A program made the position numbers and the translations under genes. A DNA stretch of 64,000 bases from Mobula birostris (Eukaryota). Every line of letters starts with the position of its first letter. Position 1 is the first letter of the stretch. The notes below the pieces were generated by a model. It had not been told where the DNA came from and searched no databases. It saw only the letters and a list, made by a program, of their open reading frames with translations. Location: the NCBI RefSeq assembly GCF_030028105.1, contig NW_027278410.1, positions 62,001 to 126,000 of the forward strand. The letters are read 5' to 3'. Of this stretch, positions 1 to 10,975 are shown one piece after another.

Positions 1-69
1 CAGTAAATACAATTCTCCATGCACTACCCACAGTCCTTGAAACTCCCCACACTAATCCTGCGGCCCATG

Positions 70-490
70 TTGGTCCCCACACTGACCCGCTCTTCCCACA
101 GCCCTGTGTCATTCCAAACTAAACCCACTGTCCCACTCTCCCCACAGCCCTGTGTTAGTCCCCAAACTAATCCCACTGCCCCACTCTCTCCCCACAGCCC
201 TGTGTCAGTCCCCAAACTAATCCCACTGCCCCACTCTCTCCCCACAGCCCTGTGTCAGTCCCCAAACTAATCCCACTGCCCCACTTTCTCCCCACGGCCC
301 TGCATCAGTCCCCAAACTAAACCCACTGTCCCGTTCTCTCCCCACAGCCCTGTGTCAGTCCCCAAACTAATCTCACTGCCCCACTCTCTCCCAACAGCCA
401 CGTCAATCCCCAAACCAATCACACAACTTCTCCCTATTCACTGCCATGTCAGTCCCCAAAGAAATCCCACTGCCCCCCAGCCCTGTATCC
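70..490. repeat. 50-bp minisatellite (CCCACTGCCCCACTCTCTCCCCACAGCCCTGTGTCAGTCCCCAAACTAAT)n, about 8 degenerate copies
   Basis: Unit recurs at 171, 221 and 271 (period 50). Confidence 0.9.
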
Positions 491-577
491 CTCCCAGTCT
501 TGCAGGAGGGGGTTTCACCACTCTGTTGCCCTTGCCCAGGGTCCCTCGCCGTCTGCTTGAAGCCAGTGCCTGGGGCC

Positions 578-652
578 AGCGAGACAAAGTTCTGTGATGC
601 ACTGACTCTCACTAGATCGCAGCCTGAGTGTAGGACAGAACTTCGGCTCGAG
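578..652 (-). ncRNA. MIR148B: pre-miR-148b hairpin; mature 3p arm at 584-605, 5p arm at 622-643
   Basis: Reverse complement of 584-605 is UCAGUGCAUCACAGAACUUUGU, the miR-148b-3p sequence. The 5p arm AAGUUCUGUCCUACACUCAGGC pairs with it. It lies sense-strand in COPZ1 intron 1, as in mammals. Confidence 0.96.
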
Positions 653-879
653 GGCGTGCATCTCTAGGTCTCTGGTGATGTTCCAGGAATGGGGGTTTGG
701 GGTGGTGGGCCGGATCCACAACTCCAGCCTTGCCAATCTCAACAACCACCACCCTTGTCTTCCAAGGTTACGGTCCATCCGCCAAGCACATAGGGGGGCA
801 ATGTGGCATGGCAGGCTGTACCACTATCCCGGTTGGATCCTGACCTCCACCACAGATATCTCTCCCTCCTGCTGCTTCA

Positions 880-1195
880 CACTCTCTCTATCTGTCTCTC
901 TCTGCAAACACCAGTACTCTATACAATCTCGGGAAGTGTATGGTCATGCACTTTGGTGGAAGAAAAGAATGCATAGAATGTTTTCTAAGTGGAGAGAAAA
1001 TTCAAAAATCCAAGAATTTTTGATTTTAGGATTTGGAACAAGGGACTTGGAAGACCTTGGGTAGGATTCCCTAAAGATTAATTTGCAGGTTGAGTCAGCG
1101 GTGAGGCAGGCAACTGCAATATTCACATTCATTTCAAGACAACGAGAATATAAAAGCAAGGATGTAATGTTGAGGCTTTATAAAGCACTGGTGAG
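880..1195 (+). mobile_element. CR1-type LINE ORF2 fragment
   Basis: Degenerate translation 'EYKSKDVMLRLYKALVR' matches the CR1 copy at 2814-4023. Confidence 0.75.
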
Positions 1196-1333
1196 GGGGG
1201 GGAGAGAGGGGGGGGAGAGGGGGGGGGAGAGAGGGGGGGGGAGAGGGGGGGGAGAGGGGGGGAGAGGGGGGGGAGAGGGGGGGGAGAGGGGGGGGAGAGG
1301 GGGGGGAGAGGGGGGGGAGAGGGGGGGGGAGAG
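1195..1333. repeat. G-rich simple repeat (G7-8AGA)n
   Basis: Direct observation. Confidence 0.9.
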
Positions 1334-1338
1334 GAAAA

Positions 1339-2322
1339 ATTGACAGGGGAATGTTGTAGAACAGAGGGAGCTCAGGGTACAGGTACACAGAGAGACCGGT
1401 AAATGACAGGGGAGTGTTGTAGAACAGAGGGAGCTTGGGGTACAGGTACACAGAGAGACTGGTAAATGACAGGGGAGTGTTGTGGACCAGAGGGAGCTCA
1501 GGGTACAGGTACACAGAGAGACTGGTAAATGACAGGGGAGTGTTGTAGAACAGAGGGAGCTCGGGGTACAGGTACACAGAGAGACCGGTAAATGACAGGG
1601 GAGTGTTGTAGAACAGAGGGAGCTCGGGGTACAGGTACACAGAGAGACCGGTAAATGACAGGGGAGTGTTGTAGAACAGAGGGAGCTCGGGGTACAGGTA
1701 CACAGAGAGACCGGTAAATGACAGGGGAGTGTTGTAGAACAGAGGGAGCTCGGGGTACAGGTACACAGAGAGACCGGTAAATGACAGGGGAGTGTTGTAG
1801 AACAGAGGGAGCTCGGGGTACAGGTACACAGAGAGACCGGTAAATGACAGGGGAGTGTTGTAGATCAGAGGGAGCTCGGGGTACAGGTACACAGAGAGAC
1901 CGGTAAATGTCAGGGGAGTGTTGTAGAACAGAGGGAGCTCAGGGTACAGGTACACAGAGAGACTGGTAAATGACAGGGGAGTGTTGTAGAACAGAGGGAG
2001 TTCGGGGTACAGGTACACAGAGAGACTGGTAAATGACAGGGGAATGTTGTAGAACAGAGGGAGCTCGGGGTACAGGTACACAGAGAGACTGGTAAATGAC
2101 AGGGGAGTGTTGTAGAACAGAGGGAGCTCGGGGTACAGATACACAGAGAGACTGGTAAATGACAGGGGAGTGTTGTAGATCAGAGGGAACTCTCTCAGGG
2201 TCACAGGTACCCAGAGAGACCGGGAAATGACAGCGGAGTGTTGTAAAACAGAGGCAGCTCGGGGTATGGGTACACAGAGAGACTGGTAAATGACAGGGTA
2301 ATGTTGTAGAACAGAGAGAGCT
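1339..2322. repeat. 63-bp minisatellite, about 15 copies
   Basis: Unit GGTAAATGACAGGGGAGTGTTGTAGAACAGAGGGAGCTCGGGGTACAGGTACACAGAGAGACC; period 63 (1461 to 1524); produces the 21-aa repeat in ORF 1134..2204. Confidence 0.95.
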
Positions 2323-2656
2323 GATGAAATAGTATTTTGGCACTCAGGGTACCGAGTTCAGGAGTTGGGGTAAAATGCAAGAAAATCTTAAAATGCCAGA
2401 AATCCAAGCAGCACACACAAAATGCTGGAGGAGCTCAGCAGGCCAGACAGCATTGATGGAAAAGAGTGAACAGAAGACAATTTGGGCAGAGACCCTTCAT
2501 CAGGAGTTGGGGAGTCATGCTGCAGCTGTACAAGACATTGTTGAAACTGCACCTGGAGTACCGTGTACACTTCTGGTCGCCCAGCGATAGGAGGGATGGG
2601 ATGCGACGGAGAGGGTACAGAAAAAATTCACTGGGGGTTACGGAGGGCTTGAGCTA

Positions 2657-4392
2657 TAGTGATGCTAGAAGGTCTGCAAACCTAGTAGAATTTTCTCTAT
2701 TTCTGCATAAATACGACCTAAAATGTGATCAGATCTTCACGCAAGTCCTGAAACTAGATAAAGAGAACCCAATTAAATAATACAAAAAAAATTATACTTC
2801 TTCACTTATTTATAAGTGGATGAAGGGAAGGCAGTGGATGTTGTCTACATGGACTTCAGTAAGGCCTTTGACAAGGTCCCGCATGGGAGGTTAGTTAAGA
2901 AGATTCAGTTGCTTGGTATACGTGGAGAGGTAGTAAATTGGATTAGATGTTGGCTCAATGGAAGAAGCCAGAGAGAGGTAGTGGAGGATTGCTTCTCTGA
3001 GTGGAGGCCTGTGACTAGCGGTGTGCCACAGAGATCATTGCTGGGTCCATTGTTATTTGTCATCTATATCAATGATCTGGATGATAATGTGGTAAATTGA
3101 ATCAGCAAATTTGCTGATGATACAATGATTGGAGGTGTAGTGGACAGTGAGGAAGGTTTTCAAAGCTTGCAGAGGGATTTGGACCATCTGGAAAAATGGG
3201 CTGAAAAATGGCAGATGGAGTTTAATACAGACAAGTGTGAGGTATTGCACGTTGGAAGGACAAACCAAGGTAGAACATACAGGGTTAATGATAAGGCACT
3301 GAGGAGTGCAGTGGAACAGAGGGATCTGGGAATACAGATACAAAATTCCCTAAAAGTGGCGTCACAGGTAGATAGGGTCGTAAAGAGTGCTTTTGGTACA
3401 TTGGCCTTTATTAATCAAAGTATTGAGTATAAGAGCTGGAATGTTATGATGAGGTTGTATAAGGCATTGGTGAGGCCGAATCTGGAGTATTGTGTTCAGT
3501 TTTGGTCACCAAATTACAGGAAGGATATAAATAATGTTGAAAGAGTGCAGAGAAGGTTTACAAGGATGTTGCCAGGACTTGAGAAACTCAGTTACAGAGA
3601 AAGGTTGAATAGGTTAGGACTTTATTCCCTGGAGCGTAGAAGAATGAGGGGAGATTTGATAGAGGTATATAAAATTATGATGGGTATAGATAGAGTAAAT
3701 GCAAGCAGGCTTTTTCCACTGAGGCAAGGGGAGAAAAAAACCAGAGGACATAGGTTAAGGGTGAGGGGGGGAAAGTTTAAAGGGAACATTAGGGGGGGCT
3801 TCTTCACACAGAGAGTGGTGGGAGTATGGAATGAGCTGCCAGACGAGGTGGTAAATGCGGGTCCTTTTTTAACATTTAAGAATAAATTGGACAGATACAT
3901 GGATGGGAGGTGTATGGAGGGATATGGTCCATGTGCAGGTCAGTGGGACTAGGCAGAAAATGGTTCGGCACAGCCAAGAAGGGCCAAAAGGCCTGTTTCT
4001 GTGCTGTAGTTTTCTATGGTTCTTGTTCTATTTATTGAGAAAAATGATCCAATATTATATATAGTTGTTGAAAAATATGTGAAACCTTTGCTTTCAGTAA
4101 CTGGTGTGACCCCCCCCCCGCCCACCGAACAGCAATAACTTTAATCACATTTCCAGTAACTGTTGATCAGTCCTGAAAGCAAAGGTTTCACATACTTTTT
4201 CCAACGAATACATGTAATATCATTTCTCCCAATAAATAAATGAACAGGTATAATTTTTTTATTGTGTTATTTATTTAATTGGGTTCTTTATCTTGTTTTA
4301 GGACTTATGTGAAGATCTCATCACATTTTAGGTCCTATTTATGCAGAAATAGAAAACATTTTACAGGGTTCTCAAACTTTCTAACACCACTG
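2657..4392. mobile_element. Internally deleted Tc1/mariner element with long terminal inverted repeats, interrupted by a CR1
   Basis: TA flanks at 2655-56 and 4393-94. The left end (2657-2813 plus about 4024-4095) is the reverse complement of about 4176-4392, which ends ...CACCACTG. Confidence 0.85.
2814..4023 (+). mobile_element. 5'-truncated, relatively young CR1 LINE (RT C-terminal half plus 3'UTR)
   Basis: ORFs 2816..3100 and 3125..3952 share a frame and are split by one TGA. Motifs [30 protein letters not shown]. Tail TTCTATG-like. Confidence 0.95.
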
Positions 4393-4964
4393 TAGGAGGA
4401 GTGACTGGATAGACTGGGATGGGTTTCCCTGGAGCAAAGGAGGCTGAGAGGTGACCAGACTTTGGTTTATCAAACCAAGAGGTGTGTAGATAGGTTAGAG
4501 AAGTCTAAAACTTGTGAACGTGGTTTAAAAGTGAGAGGGCCATGATTAAATGCGACATGTTCACCCACCAAGAGTGATGGGTGTGTGGAACAAGCTGATA
4601 AAGGTAGGTACAATTACAACTTCTTAAGAAACCAGGACAGTTACATAGATAGGAACGGTTAGATATGGGCCAAATGTAGGCAGATGGGACTGGCTCACTA
4701 GGATACCAGCAGAATCATTATTGTCAAGTCAGTAGAGTCCAACAGCACAGAATGTCGGCCCACGACATTCATGCTAACCTTAATAGATAAGTCGACGCAT
4801 TTCTTATTTACTAGCACTGAAATAACTCATGCCGTTTATCGAGAATCGGAAATCTTGAACTTTTTTGGAACAGAGAGAAAGGACCCCAATGGATTTAAGA
4901 GAAGCGGGAAACATTCCAGTTTTCACAACTTTCCTACAAACTCATCCGAGATTCTACCCTTCAT

Positions 4965-5135
4965 GCACACCCTGAGGGTCCACATATTGTTGTGAGGTGG
5001 CAGAGAACTGGAAGATCTGGGGAAAACCAACAGAATCACAGGGAGAATGTGCAAACTCCACACACACAGGAGGGGATCGAACCCAGGTGTCTGGAGCGAA
5101 AAGTCAGGGGGTCTACCCACTGTGCCATCCTGCCA
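4965..5135 (-). mobile_element. tRNA-derived V-type SINE fragment
   Basis: Minus strand has a GGTTCGATCC B-box followed by TGTGTGGAGTTTGCACATTCTCCCTGTG, typical of the V-domain. Confidence 0.7.
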
Positions 5136-5439
5136 CACTAATTCTCTAGAACCAAAGAGTTCCTACACGTTTACACATCGAGCGACAGAGTGGTTTTTCG
5201 ATTCCGATTTTCAAAGGGCCCTGTTACACCTGGGGTGCTTGTAATGTTAACTGTGCTGAAGGCAAAATTTCCCTTTGCTGTCTCTGTCAATTGAATGTTC
5301 ACCATATCACTCATTAACCAGTGTGGGGCAAAAACGAGCAGGAATAATAGGAAGAAAGGGGGAGTACGATAAGGAAATTCGGAATACCAGGGGGTATGAG
5401 GGTAGACTTGCTCACTGCCCTCTCCTCTCTTCCCCACTT

Positions 5440-6260
5440 CTCCTCCCCCTCCCTCTCCGCCCACTATCAAACCCCAGGTTCCGGCCCGACCATAGAACCT
5501 ACCCCCGCCCACTCCAGGACCCGCGCCGCCACCCCCGCAAGGGACCTCCGCTTTCCTCCGTCCCGCCCGCTGCCCGCTCACCAGAGCCAGCGCCTCCATC
5601 TTGATATTCCCTGTCGACGTGGAGCCGCCGCGCCCGTCAATCATCCGTGGTTCCGCCATCCTGTAGCCCACCCGCTTCGCCAATCACCCGAGTAGCTCCT
5701 TCTGTCGTGCTCATCAAACCGCAGTTCTACCCAATCAGAGGCCTGAACTACCCATCCATATGAGAAGGCCCGCCCCAGCAAGGCTGTTCACTCTTTCGCC
5801 AGCTGACCAATCGACATCTCCGCCCTCGTACGTCCATCATTGAAGCTGCCATCCCTTCGTCGGATCGAATCCAACATGTCACGTGGCGTCAGCGCAGCCT
5901 ATCAGAACGGGGAAACGGCCTGTGAACCGCCCACTTCTCCAAGGCATCAGCCATTCAGAAAGGGGGAAGCCACCGTCAATCTCGCCTCCTATTATGTCGT
6001 CATAGCTTGTACATCGTATCGTCACGCACTCCCTGCAAATCTTCAACCACATCCTCACCGTCAATCATGCAGGAACCCGCCCACTCTCCGCAATTTCACC
6101 ACCTACCGCCCCCCCTTCTATGCAGATAAGCGCCGAGCGAGCGTTCCCAGCTTGTGTCCATCAAGGGTTCTGCCCTTGGCTGACATGCGGGTAGCCCAAT
6201 AGATCATTGGTTCACCCGCCCTGTCCTCCGAACAACACCAGTTAATCAATTCGCAGGTCT
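5440..6260 (-). promoter_or_regulatory. CpG-island promoter of COPZ1
   Basis: High CpG density; CCAAT at 5680, 5731, 5807; GTCACGTGGC at 5878-5887; GC boxes. Confidence 0.75.
5582..5599 (-). CDS. COPZ1: Coatomer subunit zeta-1, coding part of exon 1 (MEALAL); rest of gene lies left of the window
   Basis: AAG ATG GAG GCG CTG GCT CTG|GTGAGC: 6 codons then a donor, matching human exon 1 MEALIL. Located in a CpG island, with miR-148b downstream in the intron and NFE2 synteny. Confidence 0.88.
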
Positions 6261-6494
6261 CAGAAGGGTTTCGGCCCGAAACGTTGATTGTTCATTTTTT
6301 TTTCCATAGATGCTGCCTGGCCTGACGAGTTCTTGCATTGTCTGTGTGTATTGCGCAGGTTTTCAATGATTGTTTGTAACTAAGAAAGCTGGCTCACTCA
6401 CAGCTGAGGAACCAGGAGGGTTGTAGTTGATGCAATTGATGTAGGGAAATGTAAAGTTTAAACAAAAATCGAGCTTATTGTCACCTGCATAAGT

Positions 6495-7092
6495 ACACAG
6501 AGTTATAGAGAACTACAGCACAGAAATAGGCCCTTCAGCCCTTCTGGTCTATGCCAAACCATTAGTCCCATTGATCTGCATCTGGACCATAGACCTCCCG
6601 TCCATGTACCTGTCCAAACTGCTCTTCAATATTGAAATTGAAGTCACACGCACCACTTGTGCTGGCAGCTCATTCCACACTCTCACCACCCTCTGAGTGG
6701 AAACGTTGCTTCTCATGTTCCACTTAAACAGTTTACCTTTCACCTTTAATCCATGACCCCCAGTTGAAGTCTCACCCAACCTCAGTGGAGAAAGCCTGCT
6801 TGCATTTACCCTGTTTATACCCTTCACAATTTTGTATACCTCTCTCAAATCTCCCCTTATTCTTCTGTGCTCCAGGGAATAAAGTCCGAACCGATTCAAC
6901 CTTTCCCTGTGACTCAAGTCCAAAAAGCCCAGCAACATCCTTGTAAATTTTCTCTGCACTCTTTCAATCTTATTGATAATTTTCCTGTAGCTAGGTGACC
7001 AGAACTGCACACAATACTCCTAATTAGGCCTAACCAACATGTTATGTAACTTCAACTCCTGTACTCAATACTTTGATTTATGAAGGCCAGTG
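6495..7092 (-). mobile_element. CR1 LINE 3' fragment
   Basis: ORF 6549..7010 'QFWSPSYRK..IERVQRKFTRML...WNELP'. Confidence 0.9.
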
Positions 7093-7555
7093 AAAAACTT
7101 ATTTGCAGCAGCAACACAGACACAGAGCATCAGAGACACAACATTCACAAGGAAACATAAATTATACATAATTGTTACAAGAAAGAATACAGTTAGGACA
7201 CAAAAAGTGTTTTAATGAAATGTTATCAAAACTGGTCACAATGTTGCTGTACTGAGTTGATCAGGGTTGTGCTGGTTGGTTCAGGAACTGAATGATTGAA
7301 GGGAAGTAGCTGTTCCTGAACCTGGTGATGTGGGACTTCAGGCTTCTGTATCTCCTGCCCGATGGGAGCTGTGAGAAGATGGGATGGCCCGGATGGTGGG
7401 GATCTCTGATGATGGACGTTGCCTTCCTGAGACAACACCTCCTGTAGACACTACCGATGGTGGGGAGGGAGGGATGTGTCCATGATGTATTAGGCAGAGT
7501 CCACGACTCTCTGCAGATTCTTACATTCCTGGCTTTTGAATTGCCATGCCAAATC
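7093..7555 (-). mobile_element. Rex/Babar-like LINE 3' fragment
   Basis: 'RCCLRKATSIIRDPHHPGH..QLPSGRRYRSL...RFRNSYFP', homologous to the end of the 51150-52265 element. Confidence 0.8.
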
Positions 7556-8083
7556 ATCCTCCATTCCCTACACAATCACGTGTCTATCCAACAGCCTCTT
7601 AAATCCTTCTATTGTACCCCTCCACCACCACTCCTGGCAACACATTCCAGGCACCCACCTACTCTCCATGTAAGTAAAAACTTCTCCTGCACACCTCCTT
7701 TGAACTTACTCCCTCTCACCTTAAATGCATTTCCTCTGGTTTTAGGCATTTCAACCCTGGTCACTCTATGCCTCTCATCATCTCATAAACCTCTCAACTA
7801 ACCAGTTTTATAAAGCTGCAACATGACTTCTGAGCCTTATAAGTAACTCTACCAGCCCCTCCCATCTCCCTTGACCTGCTCCCGATATAAGATGGTGTAA
7901 CTGTCTACCCATTACACCTCTCATAATCTTATAAACCGCTCTCAGGTCTCCCCTCAGTCTTTGCCACTCCAGAGAAAACAACCCAAGTTTGCCAGCCTCT
8001 CCTTATAGCTCATGCCCTCCAATCCAGACAGCATCCTGGTGAACCTCTTCTGCTCCCTCTCCAAAGCCACCACACCCTTCCTG

Positions 8084-8315
8084 CAACACACATAAAAATT
8101 GCTGGTGAACGCAGCAGGCCAGGCAGCATCTATAGGAAGAGGTACAGTCGACGTTTCGGGCCGAGATCCCTCAGTCCTGACGAAAGGTCTTGGCCTGAAA
8201 CGTCGACTGTACCTGTTCCTATAGATGCTGCCTGGCCTGCTGTGTTCACCAGCAATCTTTATGTGTGTTGCTTGAAATTCCAGCATCTACAGATTTCCTC
8301 GTGTTGTGTTTTTAA
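8084..8315. mobile_element. Short palindromic Penelope-derived element inserted in a CR1 fragment
   Basis: 8083-8165 is an inverted repeat of about 8187-8271. 12-bp duplication ACACCCTTCCTG at 8072-8083 and 8316-8327. Confidence 0.8.
8172..8209 (+). ncRNA. Minimal type-I hammerhead ribozyme motif
   Basis: CAGTC-CTGACGA-A-AGGT(CTTG)GCCT-GAAAC-GTC-GACTG: stem I, CUGANGA core, stem II, GAAA, palindromic ACGU stem III and a GUC cleavage triplet. One extra A follows the core. Confidence 0.7.
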
Positions 8316-8485
8316 ACACCCTTCCTGTAATGGGGCAACCAGAAATGTGTACAATACTCTAGATTTGGCCTGACCAGACTTTTATAAAACTGCAATATGG
8401 AGGAATTTAAGGTGGGGCTTATATGGGAGGCAGGGTTTGAGGGTCGGCACAACATTGTGGGCCGAAGGGCCTGTACTGTGCTGTA

Positions 8486-9591
8486 AACACGGGGAATTCT
8501 GCAGATGCTGGAAGTTCAAGCAACACACATCAAAGTTGCTGGTGAATGCAGCGGGTCAGGCAGCATCTCTAGGAAGAGGTACAGTCGATGCTTCGGGCCG
8601 AGACCCTTCATCAGGACTAACTGAAAGAAGAGCTCGTAAGAGATTGGAAGTGGGAGGGGGAGGGGGAGATCCAAAATGATAGGAGAAGACAGGAGGGGGA
8701 GGGATGGAGCCAAGAGCTGGACAGGTGATTGGCAAAAGGGATATGAGAGGATCATGGGACAGGAGGCCCAAGGAGAAGGAAAAGGGGGAGAGGGGGAAAA
8801 CACAGAGGATGGGCAAGGGGTATAGTCAGAGGGAGAAAAAGGAGAGAGAGAGAAAGAATGTGTGTATATAAATAAGTAACGGATGGGGTACGAGGGGGAG
8901 GTGGGGCATTAGGAGAAGGATACTGTGTCTGGTGCTCCCGATGTGGTCTTCTATATATTGGCGAGACCCGACACAGACTGGGAGACCGCTTTGCTGAACA
9001 CCTACGCTCTGTCCACCAGAGAAAGCAGGATCTCCCAGTGGCCACACATTTTAATTCCACATCCCATTCCCATTCTGATATGTCTATCCGCGGCCTCCTC
9101 TACTGTAAAGATGAAGCCACACTCAGGCTGGAGGAACAACACCTTATATTCCGTCTGGGTAGCCTCCAACCTGATGGCATGAACACTGACTTCTCAAACT
9201 TCTGTTAATGCCCCACCTCCCCCTCACACCCCATCCGTTATTTATTTATATACACACATTTTTTTCTCACTCTCCTTTTTCTCCTTCTGTCCCTCTGACT
9301 ATACCCCTTGCCCATCCTCTGGGTTCCCCCCTCCCCCCTTTCCTTCTCCCCAGACCTCCTGTCCCATGATCCTCTCATATCCCTTTTGCCAATCACCTGT
9401 CCAGCTCTTGGCTCTATCCCTCCCCCTCCTGTCTTCTCCTATCATTTTGGATCTCCGCCTCCCCCTCCCACTTTCAAATCTCTTACTATCTCATCTTTCA
9501 GTTAGTCCTGACGAAGGGTCTCGGCCCGAAACATCGACTGTACCTCTTCCTAGAGATGCTGCCTGGCCTGCTGCGTTCACCAGCAACTTTG
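8486..9591 (+). mobile_element. Penelope-like retroelement remnant: inverted 3' repeat, GIY-YIG C-terminus and 3' region
   Basis: About 8530-8911 is the reverse complement of 9206-9590. 15-bp duplication CTGTACTGTGCTGTA at 8471-8485 and 9592-9606. Confidence 0.88.
8921..9208 (+). pseudogene. Penelope GIY-YIG endonuclease fragment (95 codons, no start codon)
   Basis: Own translation: YCVWCSRCGLLYIGETRHRLGDRFAEHLRSV...VATHFN...RLEEQHLIFRLGSLQPDGMNTDFSNFC*. Confidence 0.88.
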
Positions 9592-9854
9592 CTGTACTGT
9601 GCTGTACTATTCTATGTTCTATGTTCTATTAACTCTTGAACTCAATAATAAACCAACTTAACTATCTAAAAATGGCATCATCAAAATGGGCATCCTGAAA
9701 GCCTGAGAGATTGCGCAAGGAAAATGTTGTCAAGGTATCTGTGGGAGGTTTCCATGTGGAGTTTGCACATTAACCCCATGAGTTTGCCCTGTGTGTACCG
9801 GTTCTCTCCCACGCCCAACGACATGCAAGCTGGGTGTGTTAATTGGCCATGGGT

Positions 9855-10455
9855 GAATCAGAATCAGAAACAGGTTTATTATTACTGATGTATGACATGA
9901 AATTTGTTGTTTTGGCATAGCAGTACAGTGCAACACATAAAATTACCATGAATGAAAATAGTGCAAAAGAGGGATAGTGAGGTAGTGTTCACGGGTTCAT
10001 GGACTGTTCAGAAATCAGCTGGAAGAGGGGAAGGAACTGTTCCTGAATTGTTGAGTGTGGGTCTTCAAGCTCCTGTACCTCCCCTCTGATGGCAATAAGG
10101 AGAAGAGGGCATGTCTCACATGGTGAGGGTTCTTAGTCATGGATGCCACCTCTTGACGATGTCCTTGATGGTGAGGGCGATTGTGACCATGATGGAGCTG
10201 GCTGTCTGCAACCCACTACAGCCTTGGGTGATCCTGTGCATTGGAGCCTCCACACCAGACAGTGATGCACCCAGTCAAACGCTCGCCACCGTACGTCTGC
10301 AGAAACATGCTGGAGACTTTGGTGTCATACCAATTCTGCTCAAACTTCTGATAAAATAGAGCTGCTGGTGTGACTTCTTTGTAATTGCATCAGTATGTTG
10401 GGCCCAGGATAGATCCTCTGAGACATTGCTGGCCAGGAACTTGAAGCTGCTCACC
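9855..10455 (-). mobile_element. Rex/Babar-like LINE 3' fragment
   Basis: 'VSSFKFLASNVSEDLSWAQHTDAITKKSHQQLYFIRSL'; minus-strand tail AATAAACCTGTTTCTGATTCTGA. Confidence 0.8.
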
Positions 10456-10975
10456 CCCATATGGGGATTGATGTGCAATCTCCCAAAGACTGGATGCTAA
10501 ATCTGTATGATCCGTTGCCATGGAGGACGGTGGAGGCTAAGTCACCAGTTATGTTTAAAGGGAGAGATCGGTTCTTAATTAGTGATGAGTTGAGGGTTAC
10601 GGGGAGAATGGGGTTGAGAGAATAAAGATCAGCTATGATTGGAACTGGCAGCAGATAGGATTCCTGACTGGCCGTTTCATGATCCAAGATCTTTATGCAA
10701 GGGTTGCAAGAGTCTTTAGTTGAGAGAGAGAGGGAGGACAGGGAGCAATGACAAAGTGACCATCAGTGGTATCTGAGCTTCCTCTGTTGACTATAATTGT
10801 GTAATAGTTTGTAGAGAGACTGTTTAACACAGCACCAGTTATGAAATAAATATTCGGTGCCGGAAACCACATTTTATCTTGATAACAGCATTTCAGCATT
10901 TAGAGAAACAACATCTCAGTATTCAGGGTCATGTTACATGTGAGAGAGAGAGAGAGAGAGAACAAAATAAAACAT

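Noticed and set aside
1195-1333. G-quadruplex-forming run as a functional element
   Set aside because: It sits at a junction between repeats and homopolymer lengths are error-prone; no evidence of function.
1134-2204. 356-aa ORF with a 21-aa repeat
   Set aside because: By-product of a 63-bp minisatellite plus a G-run; no splice or domain support.
5171-5683. 170-aa ORF and other ORFs over the CpG islands (also 46140-47060)
   Set aside because: GC-rich stop-poor sequence; only the short first-exon codons are supported by splice donors and homology.
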